In this document: positions 38,016 to 48,251 of the stretch, piece by piece | Layout of the letters: each line of letters starts with the position of its first letter | Numbering within the stretch: the stretch's first letter is position 1 | Assembly: GCA_041662205.1 (NCBI GenBank) | Contig: JBAZSZ010000001.1 | Coordinates: 81,973 to 145,972, forward strand | DNA: 64,000 bases | Direction: 5' to 3' | Source of the DNA: Minisyncoccota bacterium | GTDB taxonomy: Bacteria; Patescibacteriota; Minisyncoccia; Phycocordibacterales; UBA9973 | Position numbers and translations under genes: made by a program | The notes under the pieces: generated by a model | Database searches by the model: none | What the model saw: only the letters and a program-made list of their open reading frames with translations | What the model was told of the DNA's origin: nothing

Positions 38016-38606
38016 TTATTCTGCTTGTTTATAATTCCCTGGTAGTAAGTCTATTTTATTTAGTGGCAATAATCGTAAAAATGCTTTTCCTGTAAATAGT
38101 TCTCTTTTTACTGGTCCCCAAGCTCTCGAATCAGAGCTTGCGCTTCTATTGTCACCCATCACAAAATATTCATCACTTTTTAACACTATATGCTCTTCGT
38201 TGTTGGAAATATTTTTTACGAAAGGCTGATCCAATTTGAAAGATTCTGGATGTTCGTTATTTGTGATAGTTACATCATTTCCTTTTATGTCTACTGTTTC
38301 ATTTGGCAAACCTATGACTCTCTTAATAAAAAATTTTGTGGTGTCACCAGGATATCGAAAAACTACTACGTCATCTCTTTTTGGATTACTTAATTCATAA
38401 GATATTTTATCTATTATTAAATAATCTCCGTTTGTAAATGTCGGAATCATAGAACCTCCTGAGACTATAAATGGCTCAGCGACAAAAGCCCTAATGGGAA
38501 CGACTATAATTAATGCAATAAAGGCAAAACGTAAAAGCTCCTTAAACGATTGCCATTTAGTTTTTTTCTCCTCAGTTTCTTTTTGATCCATTATTTGTTC
38601 TTTCAT
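38016..38606 (-). CDS. lepB: Signal peptidase I
   Basis: SGGSMIPT, IKRVIGLP, GDNR..S.DSR.WG. Confidence 0.93.
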   Translation of the reverse strand: MKEQIMDQKETEEKKTKWQSFKELLRFAFIALIIVVPIRAFVAEPFIVSGGSMIPTFTNGDYLIIDKISYELSNPKRDDVVVFRYPGDTTKFFIKRVIGLPNETVDIKGNDVTITNNEHPESFKLDQPFVKNISNNEEHIVLKSDEYFVMGDNRSASSDSRAWGPVKRELFTGKAFLRLLPLNKIDLLPGNYKQAE

Positions 38607-38668
38607 TGTTATAATATAACATAAAAAATCCTTGACATGTTGGTAAAATTTGTTGGGTAATATGTTTT

Positions 38669-38716
38669 TCCCCTACACCAGGAGAAGGGGAATTCCCCTT
38701 CTCCTGGTGTAGGGGA
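38669..38716. repeat. Perfect 48-bp palindrome
   Basis: TCCCCTACACCAGGAGAAGGGGAATTCCCCTTCTCCTGGTGTAGGGGA. Confidence 0.95.
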
Positions 38717-38733
38717 TATGATATTATGTGTTT

Positions 38734-39261
38734 ATGAAATTAGTTGTTGGTTTAGGAAATCCAGGCAAAGAATATGAAAATACTAGGCACAATACTGGGC
38801 GCATTTTGATTAATCTTATTGAGAAAAAATTAACAGACAGTAAGATAAAATTTCTTACACCAGATACTTTTATGAATAATTCTGGAAAAGCTGTCGTTTC
38901 TTTGATAAAAAGTAAAAAAGATTTAAAAGACTTAGTAGTAATTTATGATGATATTGATTTACCACTTGGGAAAATTAAAATTTCTTTTAACCGTTCTTCT
39001 GGTGGACATAATGGTCTCGAATCTGTTATTAAGAAATTAAAATCACAAGAATTTATAAGAATCAGAGTTGGTATTTCGGGATCGACTCCAAAGGGTGTAG
39101 TAAAAAAACCAAAAGGAGAGAAGGCTGTTTTAAATTTTCTACTTGGTGAATTTAAAAAGCCAGAACTGGAAATAATCAAAAAGCTTTCCAAAAAAGTCGC
39201 CGAAGCAGTAGAAATGATTTTCACCGAAAGCAAAGAAAAAGCGATGTCAATTTATAATTAA
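38734..39261 (+). CDS. pth: Peptidyl-tRNA hydrolase
   Basis: GLGNPG..Y..TRHN, FMN.SG, YDDIDL, GGHNGL. Confidence 0.93.
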   Translation: MKLVVGLGNPGKEYENTRHNTGRILINLIEKKLTDSKIKFLTPDTFMNNSGKAVVSLIKSKKDLKDLVVIYDDIDLPLGKIKISFNRSSGGHNGLESVIKKLKSQEFIRIRVGISGSTPKGVVKKPKGEKAVLNFLLGEFKKPELEIIKKLSKKVAEAVEMIFTESKEKAMSIYN

Positions 39262-42200
39262 ATTTCCTTCACTGCTTCGATGATGATGCTTTTTTCACCG
39301 TTTTTGTTTGAGACTTTTCCTGTAAGGGCGATACATTTTTCAGCAACAAGGATATCGATAGATTCTTTAAAGAGAGAAGGAAAAGCGACAGCTTCTATTG
39401 AATCTGTCAGGTCAGCAATTTTAAGAAAAGCCATACGTTCATTATTTTTTGTCACTACTTGTCTTGAGGCTTCTATAATGCCAGCAATTGTGATCTGCAT
39501 ACCGTTACCGAATTCTTCTTTTATTTTTTTTATATTTACAGTTCTTTTTTCGAGTTTTTCTCGTAAACGGTCAAGTGGATGCCCTGAAATATAAAGCCCT
39601 AATAATTCTTTTTCCCAAAGTAATTTTTCTGCTTGATTGGCGACTTTCCCAGTTTGTAATTTAAATTCTGGAGTTTTAATAGAAGCAACTCCGCCAAAAA
39701 GAGAAATTTGATTTTCATTTTGCTTAGAATTTTCATGGTTGTATTCCAGCATTCCTTCTAGATTAGCAAGAAGCATTCCACGATCTTCCCAATCATCCAT
39801 ACATCCAGATTTGATTAAGGCTTCCATTGATTTTTTATTTAAATTTTTATGTTTGATTCTATTTAAGAAGTCAGTAATTGATTTAAATTTTCCATTTTTT
39901 CTTTCTGCAATAATTGCATCAGAAATATCAGTTCCTAAATTTTTAATAGTATAAAATCCGAATCTGATTTTCTCACTTTTGTTTTCATTATTTATTTCAG
40001 TATTTTTTTCATGTGGCAGGCAGGTAAACCCCCCATAGCTTTCATTGATGTTTGGTGGAAGAATCGGAATATTCATTTTTTTACATTCTTCTATTATTTC
40101 TCCTATTTTTTCTACGTCACCGGATTCAGCAGTAAGGATGGAGGCCATATATTCGACAGGGTAATGCGCTTTCATATAAGCTGTTTGATAAGCGACTTTT
40201 CCATATGAAGCTGCGTGTGCTTTATTGAAACCATATGCCTGAAATGGTTCAAAAAGTCTCCATAATTTTTCGGCAAATTCTGGTGTTTGGCCGTTATCGA
40301 TTATGCCTTTGGTAAATTTCTCTCTCTGTTCTGCCATTTCTTTTGGAATTTTTTTACCGACAGCCTTACGAAACTTATCTACTTCTTCCCAGTTATAGCC
40401 AGCGAGTTCGATGGCCGAGAAAAGTAAATCATCTTGATAAACGATGAGCCCGTAGGACTCACTCAAAAATTTCTTCATTCTTGGATCTAAATATTTTACG
40501 AGTTGGGGATTATGTTTACGTTTTATGTATTCTGGAATTGATTCCATAGGTCCTGGACGATAAAGTGCGACCATTGCATTGATGTCATGGATAGAAGTAG
40601 GTTTTAATTCTTTAAGATATCTGGTCATACCGCTACCGTTTAATTGGAATAAACCTTCTGTTTGCCCCGACGCAAGGAGGGAAAAAGTTTTTTTATCATC
40701 AAGCGGGATACGATCTATATCTATATCTATGTTGTAGAATTTTTTTACTAAATTTATTGCATCAGAAAGAATGGCTAAATTGCGAATTCCTAGGAAATCG
40801 AATTTCAGTAATCCCGCATCTTCAGCACTATACATGTCATATTGGGTAATTATTTTTCCATTATCTCTCGCACCCTTCGGGTCAAATTGAGTCGGCATGT
40901 ATTCATAGATCGGATGCGGAGCAATGACTACTCCAGCAGCATGCACAGAAATGTGTCTAACACAGCCTTCTAATTTTTTTGCTAGATCTATTATTTCTTT
41001 TGTATCTTTTTCTTTTTCGTAGGCTTCTTTTAATTCTGGTACTATCTCCATCGCATGATCTATGGTCATGGGCATACCTTGGGAACCGAGCGGAATCATT
41101 TTTGAAATTCTATCCCCAATAGTGTAAGGGTGGGCGAGTGCTCGAGCGACATCTCGGATAGCTCCTTTGGCCATCATCGTACCAAAAGTTCCAATTTGAG
41201 CAACTTTATCTTCTCCATATTTTATTTTTACATACTCAATCATTTCATCGCGTCTGTTGTCGGCATAATCCATATCAATATCAGGAGGCGAAGGACGAAA
41301 TGGATTCAAGAATCTTTCAAAGGGAAGTTTGTATTCAATGGGGTTTATATTGGTAATGCCTAAAAGATAAGTGACCATAGAGCCTGCGACGGAACCTCGG
41401 ATAGCGCTCAAAATACCATTTTCTTTAGCGTAATTTAAGAGGTCACCAACCACTAGGAAATAAGGGGAGTAGCCTTTATCACGAATAACTTTTAATTCAT
41501 ACTCTACTCGTTCTTTAATTTCTGGAGTTTCTTTTAGATTTAATCTTTCAAAACCAAGGTAAGTGAGTTCCCGAAGTTTTTCGTCGGGAGTTTTTCCATC
41601 CTCAATTTTAAAATCGGGGAATACCCAACGTCCTAATTCTAATTCTACACTACACATTTCCGCTATTTTCATAGTATTGGTTACAGCTTCCGGCGTCTCT
41701 TTAAAAAGCTCTTTTGCTTGTTCAGTGTCTACAAAAAAATAATCATCTTCACCAAAAGAAAATTTATTTTCATCTTTTATATCAGAGTTTGTTTGAATGG
41801 CGAGCAAAGTTTCGTGCGCTTTGCGATCATCATTACAAGGGTAGTGTGAATCAATCGTCCCCACTAAGGGAATATTAAATTTTTTTCCAAGAGCAATAAT
41901 TTTTTTGTGAACTTCTTCATCGTTGGGGGACTTTGGATGTCTTTGAACTTCTAGAAAATAATTTTCTTTACCAAAAATTTCTTGGTACTCTTGTATTATT
42001 TTTTCCGCTTTCTCTTCGTCTTTATTTATTAGTGACTGAGCAAGTTCTCCACCGAGACATCCAGAAAGAGCAATTACCCCTTCAGAATACTGTCTCAGTA
42101 TTTCTTTATCCATTCGAGGCTTGTAATAATATCCTTCCAAATTTGAAATAGTCACGAGCCGCATCAAATTTTTATAACCTTGCAAGTTTTTTGCTAGAAG

Positions 42201-42488
42201 AGTGAGGTGATAATAGCGTTTTGTCCCGTTTTGCGTTGTTTTGTCTTTTCGTGAACCAGCAGTCATATAAGCTTCTACTCCTAGGATGGGTTTGATTCCA
42301 GCTTTTTTAGCTAATTTATAGAATTCAATTGCGCCGTACATATTGCCATGGTCGGTGATAGCCAGAGCTGGCATTCCATTTTTTTTTGCTATATCCACTA
42401 AATCTTCGAGCTTGGAAAGCCCATCTAAAAGTGAATAGTGAGAGTGAGTGTGGAGGTGTACGAATTTAGTTTCGGTTTCTTTTTCCAT
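39258..42488 (-). CDS. dnaE: DNA polymerase III alpha subunit
   Basis: HLHTHSHYSLLDG (PHP), RGSVAGS, PDIDMD, KFDFLG, YGFNKAHA. Confidence 0.96.
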   Translation of the reverse strand: MEKETETKFVHLHTHSHYSLLDGLSKLEDLVDIAKKNGMPALAITDHGNMYGAIEFYKLAKKAGIKPILGVEAYMTAGSRKDKTTQNGTKRYYHLTLLAKNLQGYKNLMRLVTISNLEGYYYKPRMDKEILRQYSEGVIALSGCLGGELAQSLINKDEEKAEKIIQEYQEIFGKENYFLEVQRHPKSPNDEEVHKKIIALGKKFNIPLVGTIDSHYPCNDDRKAHETLLAIQTNSDIKDENKFSFGEDDYFFVDTEQAKELFKETPEAVTNTMKIAEMCSVELELGRWVFPDFKIEDGKTPDEKLRELTYLGFERLNLKETPEIKERVEYELKVIRDKGYSPYFLVVGDLLNYAKENGILSAIRGSVAGSMVTYLLGITNINPIEYKLPFERFLNPFRPSPPDIDMDYADNRRDEMIEYVKIKYGEDKVAQIGTFGTMMAKGAIRDVARALAHPYTIGDRISKMIPLGSQGMPMTIDHAMEIVPELKEAYEKEKDTKEIIDLAKKLEGCVRHISVHAAGVVIAPHPIYEYMPTQFDPKGARDNGKIITQYDMYSAEDAGLLKFDFLGIRNLAILSDAINLVKKFYNIDIDIDRIPLDDKKTFSLLASGQTEGLFQLNGSGMTRYLKELKPTSIHDINAMVALYRPGPMESIPEYIKRKHNPQLVKYLDPRMKKFLSESYGLIVYQDDLLFSAIELAGYNWEEVDKFRKAVGKKIPKEMAEQREKFTKGIIDNGQTPEFAEKLWRLFEPFQAYGFNKAHAASYGKVAYQTAYMKAHYPVEYMASILTAESGDVEKIGEIIEECKKMNIPILPPNINESYGGFTCLPHEKNTEINNENKSEKIRFGFYTIKNLGTDISDAIIAERKNGKFKSITDFLNRIKHKNLNKKSMEALIKSGCMDDWEDRGMLLANLEGMLEYNHENSKQNENQISLFGGVASIKTPEFKLQTGKVANQAEKLLWEKELLGLYISGHPLDRLREKLEKRTVNIKKIKEEFGNGMQITIAGIIEASRQVVTKNNERMAFLKIADLTDSIEAVAFPSLFKESIDILVAEKCIALTGKVSNKNGEKSIIIEAVKEI

Positions 42489-42558
42489 TTTTCAATAATA
42501 ACATGAATTTTCAAAATTTGAGTTTTGTTGTTTTGTTTGTTTTTGGTACAATATAATT

Positions 42559-43584
42559 ATGAAAAAAATACGAGTTGGGATTAATGGTTTTGGGAGAATT
42601 GGTAGGGCTTTTTTGAAACTTGCTTGGGAGAGACCTGAGATTGAGATTGTGGCAGTGAATGATTTAGGGTCTCTTGAAAGTCTTTCTTATTTATTAAAAT
42701 ATGACACTGTTTACAAGACCTGGGACCATGAGGTGAAGCATGACGCTGGAAATATTATTATCGATGGCAGGATGGTCAAATTTTTGTCTTTGAAAGATAC
42801 CTCAAAGCTTCCTTGGAAAGAACTTGAAATTGATTTAGTAGTAGAGTCTACGGGGCTTTTTACTTCTTTTGAAAAAGCAAAGTTTCATCTTGATCAAGGA
42901 GCAAAGAAGGTGGTGATTACGGCGCCATCCAAAGGAGAAGTTGGTTCGGCTCATGGCGAGACTATTTTAATGGGTGTGAATGAAGAGAAATTCGGTACTT
43001 GTGATATTACCTCAAACGCTTCCTGCACAACCAATGCAGCCAGCCCCCTAATTGCAATTCTTTTTGAAGAGATTGGTATAGAGAAAGCAATTTTAAATAC
43101 TGTGCATGGATATACTGCCTCGCAAGCACTTGTCGATGGACCAAGTAAAAAAGATTTACGTGAAGGGAGAGCAGCTGCGGAAAATATTATTCCTTCTTCT
43201 ACAGGCGCGGCTGTCGCGGTGACGGAAGCATTCCCTGCCTTGACGGGTTTATTTGACGGCATTTCTATTCGTGTTCCGGTGCCAGCTGGATCAATCGTAG
43301 ACGTTACGTTTATTGCAAAGAAAAATACTAGTGTGGAAGAAATAAATACAATATTAAAAAAAGCATCGAGTTTAGATAGGTGGAAAAATATTTTTTCAGT
43401 AACAGACGAGCCTCTCGTGTCTTCTGATATTTTAGGAAGTAAGTATGCTTCAATTGCGGACCTTGCCATGACACGTGTGGTAGGAGGTAATTTGGTAAAA
43501 GTAATGGCATGGTACGATAATGAAATGGGGTACACACATACTTTAGTAGATCACGTAATTAAAACAGGAAGTACGATATTATAA
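42559..43584 (+). CDS. gap: Glyceraldehyde-3-phosphate dehydrogenase
   Basis: INGFGRIGR, SNASCTTN, WYDNE. Confidence 0.96.
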   Translation: MKKIRVGINGFGRIGRAFLKLAWERPEIEIVAVNDLGSLESLSYLLKYDTVYKTWDHEVKHDAGNIIIDGRMVKFLSLKDTSKLPWKELEIDLVVESTGLFTSFEKAKFHLDQGAKKVVITAPSKGEVGSAHGETILMGVNEEKFGTCDITSNASCTTNAASPLIAILFEEIGIEKAILNTVHGYTASQALVDGPSKKDLREGRAAAENIIPSSTGAAVAVTEAFPALTGLFDGISIRVPVPAGSIVDVTFIAKKNTSVEEINTILKKASSLDRWKNIFSVTDEPLVSSDILGSKYASIADLAMTRVVGGNLVKVMAWYDNEMGYTHTLVDHVIKTGSTIL

Positions 43585-43600
43585 ATAATAAAATTAGAAT

Positions 43601-44092
43601 ATGAAAATATATATTGGGACAGATCACGCGGGGTATGTATTAAAGGAGGCACTGGTGGGTTTCTTAAAAGCTCAAGGACATGAAGTTATAGACGAGGGTG
43701 CATATACTTATGATGAGGATGATGATTATCCAGATTTTATCTCAAAAGTTGCTCGAGCTGTTTCCGAAGATGTACATGATTCTACAAAAGTTAGAGGTAT
43801 CATTCTCGGTGGTACTGGACAAGGGGAGGCGATAGTAGCGAATAGATTTCCTCACGTTAGAGCTATTGTTTATTATGGAAAAGCAACTCCAATAGTGGAA
43901 GCCGAGTCTGGTATTCTACACAGATCAAGAGAGCACAATGATGCAAATATTCTTTCTTTGGGTGCTAGATATTTTACTGAGGCAGACCTAGCAGAAATCG
44001 TTAATTTTTGGTTGAACGCTCCTTATAGTGGTGGAGAAAGACATATACGTCGTTTGGCAAAAATAGACGCAATAAAAATAGATTCCCAGTAG
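43601..44092 (+). CDS. rpiB: Ribose-5-phosphate isomerase B
   Basis: DHAG, DDYPD, GGTGQG, REHNDAN, RH.RR. Confidence 0.92.
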   Translation: MKIYIGTDHAGYVLKEALVGFLKAQGHEVIDEGAYTYDEDDDYPDFISKVARAVSEDVHDSTKVRGIILGGTGQGEAIVANRFPHVRAIVYYGKATPIVEAESGILHRSREHNDANILSLGARYFTEADLAEIVNFWLNAPYSGGERHIRRLAKIDAIKIDSQ

Positions 44093-44125
44093 TAGAGCAA
44101 AGCTCACTACCGGATAAATAAAATT

Positions 44126-44821
44126 ATGGCAGAAATAATTCCCGCAATTTTAGAAAAAGATTACGAAGATTTGAAGGACAAAATTGCATTAGTGCGAGGG
44201 GTGGTGCCCATCGTGCAAATAGATTTTTGTGATGGAATTTTTGTACCCACTCGTACTTGGCCGTTTTCTTCAGGCGGAGGAGCAGATGAACATTTAGGGA
44301 GAATTTTAAGTGAAGAAGAAGGAATGCCTTTTTGGGAAGATATTGATTTTGAGTTTGACCTAATGGTGGCTGATGCTGTGGAGAATTTTAATATTTACAC
44401 TAAACTCGGACCAAAGAGAATAATATTTCATATTGAAGCTGTGGGGGAGCTTGAAAGTTTCCATCATTTTTTAGAAGGAATAGATATGTATGTTAGAGAT
44501 AGTATTGAAATAGGTGTTGCCATAAATCCATCTACGCCATCTGAACAGATTTTTCCAATTATTTCTTCTATAGATTTTGTGCAATGTATGGGGAATGATA
44601 AGATTGGACACAAAGGGATGCTGCTCGATGAACAAGTTTATAAAAAAATTGTAATTTTGAGAGAAAAATATCCTGATTTACCGATTGCAGTCGATATTGG
44701 TGTCAATGAGACAACAGCGCCATTGTTAATTGAAAGAGGGGCAACGAAACTTGTTGCTGGCTCTGCTATTTTTAAAACTGATGATATTATTGGAACGATA
44801 GAAGAATTTGAAAGCTTATAG
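44126..44821 (+). CDS. rpe: Ribulose-phosphate 3-epimerase (divergent)
   Basis: IIPAIL, QID..DG.FVP, AINPST, VDIGV, VAGSAIF; pentose-phosphate context. Confidence 0.8.
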   Translation: MAEIIPAILEKDYEDLKDKIALVRGVVPIVQIDFCDGIFVPTRTWPFSSGGGADEHLGRILSEEEGMPFWEDIDFEFDLMVADAVENFNIYTKLGPKRIIFHIEAVGELESFHHFLEGIDMYVRDSIEIGVAINPSTPSEQIFPIISSIDFVQCMGNDKIGHKGMLLDEQVYKKIVILREKYPDLPIAVDIGVNETTAPLLIERGATKLVAGSAIFKTDDIIGTIEEFESL

Positions 44822-45034
44822 TTTCTTAACGAGACTTTTTATTTTTAAAAAATTAAATAATTTTTTACCTAGGATTTCTTTAAAAAAATATGAAGTTCTT
44901 TTTTTTCCTATTAACCAAATAAAACCCAAGACGATCAGTAATGTAGATCCTGGTATTGGAGTTAGATACGTTATTATTCCAATAATTATAAGAATAATAC
45001 CAAATATTTTATGAAAATATTCCCAATTTTTCAT
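44816..45034 (-). CDS. Small membrane protein
   Basis: Hydrophobic hairpin GIILIIIGII.YLTPIPG; upstream TGtTACAAT. Confidence 0.55.
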   Translation of the reverse strand: MKNWEYFHKIFGIILIIIGIITYLTPIPGSTLLIVLGFIWLIGKKRTSYFFKEILGKKLFNFLKIKSLVKKL

Positions 45035-45096
45035 GATATTTTTATTGTAACACAAAAACTTGTTTATACTCTTTGTTTATTGTTATAATTAAATTA

Positions 45097-45939
45097 ATGA
45101 TTCTCACTGAAGAAAAAATTTTAGAGTTGGCGAAGAAGGCAAATGAGATTCGTATCTCTATTATTGAGATGTTAGTAGAGGCGGGGAGTGGACATACTGC
45201 AGGCCCTCTCGGTATGGCTGATATTTTTACACTTTTTTATTTTCATATTTTAAAACATGACCCCAAAAATCCAGCCTGGGAAGAAAGGGACAGACTCATA
45301 CTTTCTAATGGTCATATTTGTCCAGTATTATATTCAACGATGGCGCATGCTGGATATTTTCCAGTTGAAGAATTAAAAACTTTAAGAAAATTTGGTACTA
45401 GACTTCAGGGGCACCCGCATCGGGAATATTTGCCTTATGTTGAAAATTCATCTGGTCCGCTTGGCTCTGGTCTTTCGCAAGCTGTAGGTATGGCGCTCGC
45501 AGACAAAATAGACAAGAAAGATAAAGATAGATTTATTTATTGTTTTATGTCTGATGGAGAGATGGATGAAGGGAACACTTGGGAGGCAATTATGCTTGCT
45601 GGAAAACATAAATTAAGAAACTTAATAGCTGTTGTTGATAGAAATAATATTCAGATTGAAGGATTCACTGAAGATGTGATGCCCCTTGAACCTTTTCATA
45701 GTAAATGGAAAAGTTTTAATTGGCATGTGATCGAAGTTTCTGGGCATGATTTTAGATCTTTAAATGAAGTAGTCGAGGAAGCGCAAGCTATCTTTGAAAA
45801 ACCTACGGTCATTATTGCGCATACGATACCAGGCAAAGGGGTGAAAGAATTTGAAAGAAATTATAAATGGCACGGGAAACCTCCTTCTAAAGAAGAAGGA
45901 GAGATGGCGTTAAAAGAATTACAGGCAAAAAGATTTTAA
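45097..45939 (+). CDS. Transketolase, N-terminal subunit
   Basis: GSGH, DRLILSNGH, LQGHP, DGEMDEG..WEA, WHG. Confidence 0.93.
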   Translation: MILTEEKILELAKKANEIRISIIEMLVEAGSGHTAGPLGMADIFTLFYFHILKHDPKNPAWEERDRLILSNGHICPVLYSTMAHAGYFPVEELKTLRKFGTRLQGHPHREYLPYVENSSGPLGSGLSQAVGMALADKIDKKDKDRFIYCFMSDGEMDEGNTWEAIMLAGKHKLRNLIAVVDRNNIQIEGFTEDVMPLEPFHSKWKSFNWHVIEVSGHDFRSLNEVVEEAQAIFEKPTVIIAHTIPGKGVKEFERNYKWHGKPPSKEEGEMALKELQAKRF

Positions 45940-45984
45940 AATAAAAAATGAACATTAATTATTATTAATTTATATTGAAAATAT

Positions 45985-46179
45985 ATGTCTAATACATTTA
46001 AAATTATTATCTATTGGATTGCTATCATATTCTTTGGGATAAGTTTCTTTGGTTCTATGGGAGCTAGTCTGTTGGGGGCAGCGTGGGGAGATCCTTTACC
46101 ACTCCTCATTTGTGTTATATTACTTGCTTTAATTATTTTTTTAATCATTCGTGTTGTAAAACTTATGCGTCATAAATAA
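45985..46179 (+). CDS. Small two-TM protein between the transketolase halves
   Basis: Two hydrophobic helices. Confidence 0.55.
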   Translation: MSNTFKIIIYWIAIIFFGISFFGSMGASLLGAAWGDPLPLLICVILLALIIFLIIRVVKLMRHK

Positions 46180-46188
46180 GATGTATTT

Positions 46189-47187
46189 ATGTTAAATCCT
46201 AAACTAAAACTTAATCCAAAAATTTTCAACGACGATGTCGAACAGGTACCTATTCGAAAAGGTTTCGGGCAGGGATTGTTGCTTGCGGGCGAGGCGGATG
46301 AAAATGTCGTGGGACTTTGCGCTGACTTAACAGAAAGTACCCAGATGAATTTATTTGCTGATAAGTTTCCGAATAGATTTATACAAATTGGAGTCGCTGA
46401 GCAGAATTTAGTAACAGTGGCTTCAGGTATGGCAGCGATGGGCAAGATTCCTTTTTGTTCTTCTTATGCGATGTTTTCCCCTGGTAGAAACTGGGAGCAA
46501 ATAAGAACTACGATTGCTTATAATGATAGACCAGTGAAAATTGTGGGTTCACATTCAGGTATTTCTGTAGGTCCTGATGGTGGTACGCATCAAGCCCTTG
46601 AAGATATTGCTTTGATGAGAGTGATGCCAAATATGGATGTTTTTTCTCCTTGTGATGCTATCGAAGCAAAAAAAATTACATTTCTATTGGCAAGAACAAA
46701 AAGACCAGTATATTTACGTTTGGTTCGGGAGAAAACCCCAATCATTACCACAGAGGAAACCCCTTTGCAAATAGGCAAAGCTGAAATTTACTGGATGCCA
46801 GAGATAGGACTGGCGCAAGTAGGAATAATTTCTACTGGTGGACTCGTGTATCAAGCGCTTTTGGCTGCTAAAGAATTAGAACAAGAAGGAGTAAAAACAA
46901 AAGTGATGAATTTATCAAGTATTAAACCCATAGATTCTGAAGCAATTATCGCTCTGGCAAAAGAATGCAAGGCAATAGTAACAGTAGAAGAACATCAAAT
47001 AGCTGGAGGAATGGGTGGAGCCGTGGCAGAAGTGTTAGCCCAAAATTTTCCGGTACCAATGGAATTCATCGGAGTCCATGACCGCTTTGGTCAGTCTGGC
47101 ACACCCAGAGAGCTCATTGAGCATTATGGTATGAGTAAAAATTCTATCAAAGAAGCGGTAAAAAAAGTATTAGAAAGAAAAATATAG
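46189..47187 (+). CDS. Transketolase, C-terminal subunit
   Basis: ADL..ST, GVAEQN, GPDGGTHQ, VEEHQ..GG.G, FGQSG. Confidence 0.93.
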   Translation: MLNPKLKLNPKIFNDDVEQVPIRKGFGQGLLLAGEADENVVGLCADLTESTQMNLFADKFPNRFIQIGVAEQNLVTVASGMAAMGKIPFCSSYAMFSPGRNWEQIRTTIAYNDRPVKIVGSHSGISVGPDGGTHQALEDIALMRVMPNMDVFSPCDAIEAKKITFLLARTKRPVYLRLVREKTPIITTEETPLQIGKAEIYWMPEIGLAQVGIISTGGLVYQALLAAKELEQEGVKTKVMNLSSIKPIDSEAIIALAKECKAIVTVEEHQIAGGMGGAVAEVLAQNFPVPMEFIGVHDRFGQSGTPRELIEHYGMSKNSIKEAVKKVLERKI

Positions 47188-47219
47188 AAAAAGTAATAAA
47201 AACATTCTAAAACTATTTT

Positions 47220-48221
47220 TTATATTTTGCTAGCTTTATAACTTTCTGGTGCGTTTTTGAGATATTCTTCTAATTTTTCTTTAGAAAGGAGTCCACTTTG
47301 GGCGCCGACTTCTTGGACTACTGACATTGAATTTATTCCTGCCCAAGCTAGGCCTTCGGTCATAGTTTTATTTAAAATATTTGCTATTACTATAGTAGCA
47401 GAAAAAGCATCTCCGGCGCCAGTGCGTTCATATGGAGGTTTTGGGTCAGGATAGGGGGGCATGAATAAATATTCTGTACCATCATAAGTGTAAGCACCCT
47501 TGGGTCCGTCTGTGATTACTACAGTTTTAGGGCCTAAACTATGGATTTTTTCGAGTAGTTCCTTTATTTCTCCACTTTCAAGCCCTAATATTTTTCTAGC
47601 TTCTTCAACATTACAGAAAAACATGTCTGTATGTTCATAAAGTCTTTGTAATTTTTCTTTTCCTAATTTTATTTCAAATTTACCCGGTTCGAAAGCAAAT
47701 TTTGTTTCTGGATGAGCATCTAAGTAGTCGGCGATAGTGTAATGAAAAGGGAAGGCTGTTTCGTTAACGGAACTAAAATAAATCCATTTTGGTTCATCAA
47801 ATTCTGGTAGGCTATATGGATAAACCTCATGTTTTATTAAAATAGTTCTTTCTGCTTCGTACCACAATACAAAATGCTGATTAGTTTTTATTCCGGTATT
47901 TATTTTTATTAACTCAGTGCCAACATTATCCTTTTTCAAGGAATTCAAACAATCTTTGCCTGCTTGATCATCACCAATATTAGAAACGAGTTTAGTTTGA
48001 AGTCCAAGCCGAGCAGCTGCGACAGCGACATTGCCTGCATTACCTACAGCTGGAAGAACGTAAACTTCTTCGTACGGAACTTTGTCAGCAAAAGGCAGAC
48101 ATATTTTGTAATCTTTTTCATCTGGAGTACCGACGATACTTGCATCTTTTAATTTTATAAAAACATCTATTACAATATCCCCAATCGCCAAGAAATCTAT
48201 TTTATTATTATTTTCACTCAT
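47220..48221 (-). CDS. PfkB-family carbohydrate kinase
   Basis: GNAGNVA..AARLG, ITDGPKG, TGAGDAF. Confidence 0.9.
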   Translation of the reverse strand: MSENNNKIDFLAIGDIVIDVFIKLKDASIVGTPDEKDYKICLPFADKVPYEEVYVLPAVGNAGNVAVAAARLGLQTKLVSNIGDDQAGKDCLNSLKKDNVGTELIKINTGIKTNQHFVLWYEAERTILIKHEVYPYSLPEFDEPKWIYFSSVNETAFPFHYTIADYLDAHPETKFAFEPGKFEIKLGKEKLQRLYEHTDMFFCNVEEARKILGLESGEIKELLEKIHSLGPKTVVITDGPKGAYTYDGTEYLFMPPYPDPKPPYERTGAGDAFSATIVIANILNKTMTEGLAWAGINSMSVVQEVGAQSGLLSKEKLEEYLKNAPESYKASKI

Positions 48222-48251
48222 GATACTATTCTAACATATTATAAAAAATTT

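Noticed and set aside
45097-47187. Transketolase as a broken pseudogene
   Set aside because: Two-subunit transketolase is a normal arrangement and both halves have intact motifs.
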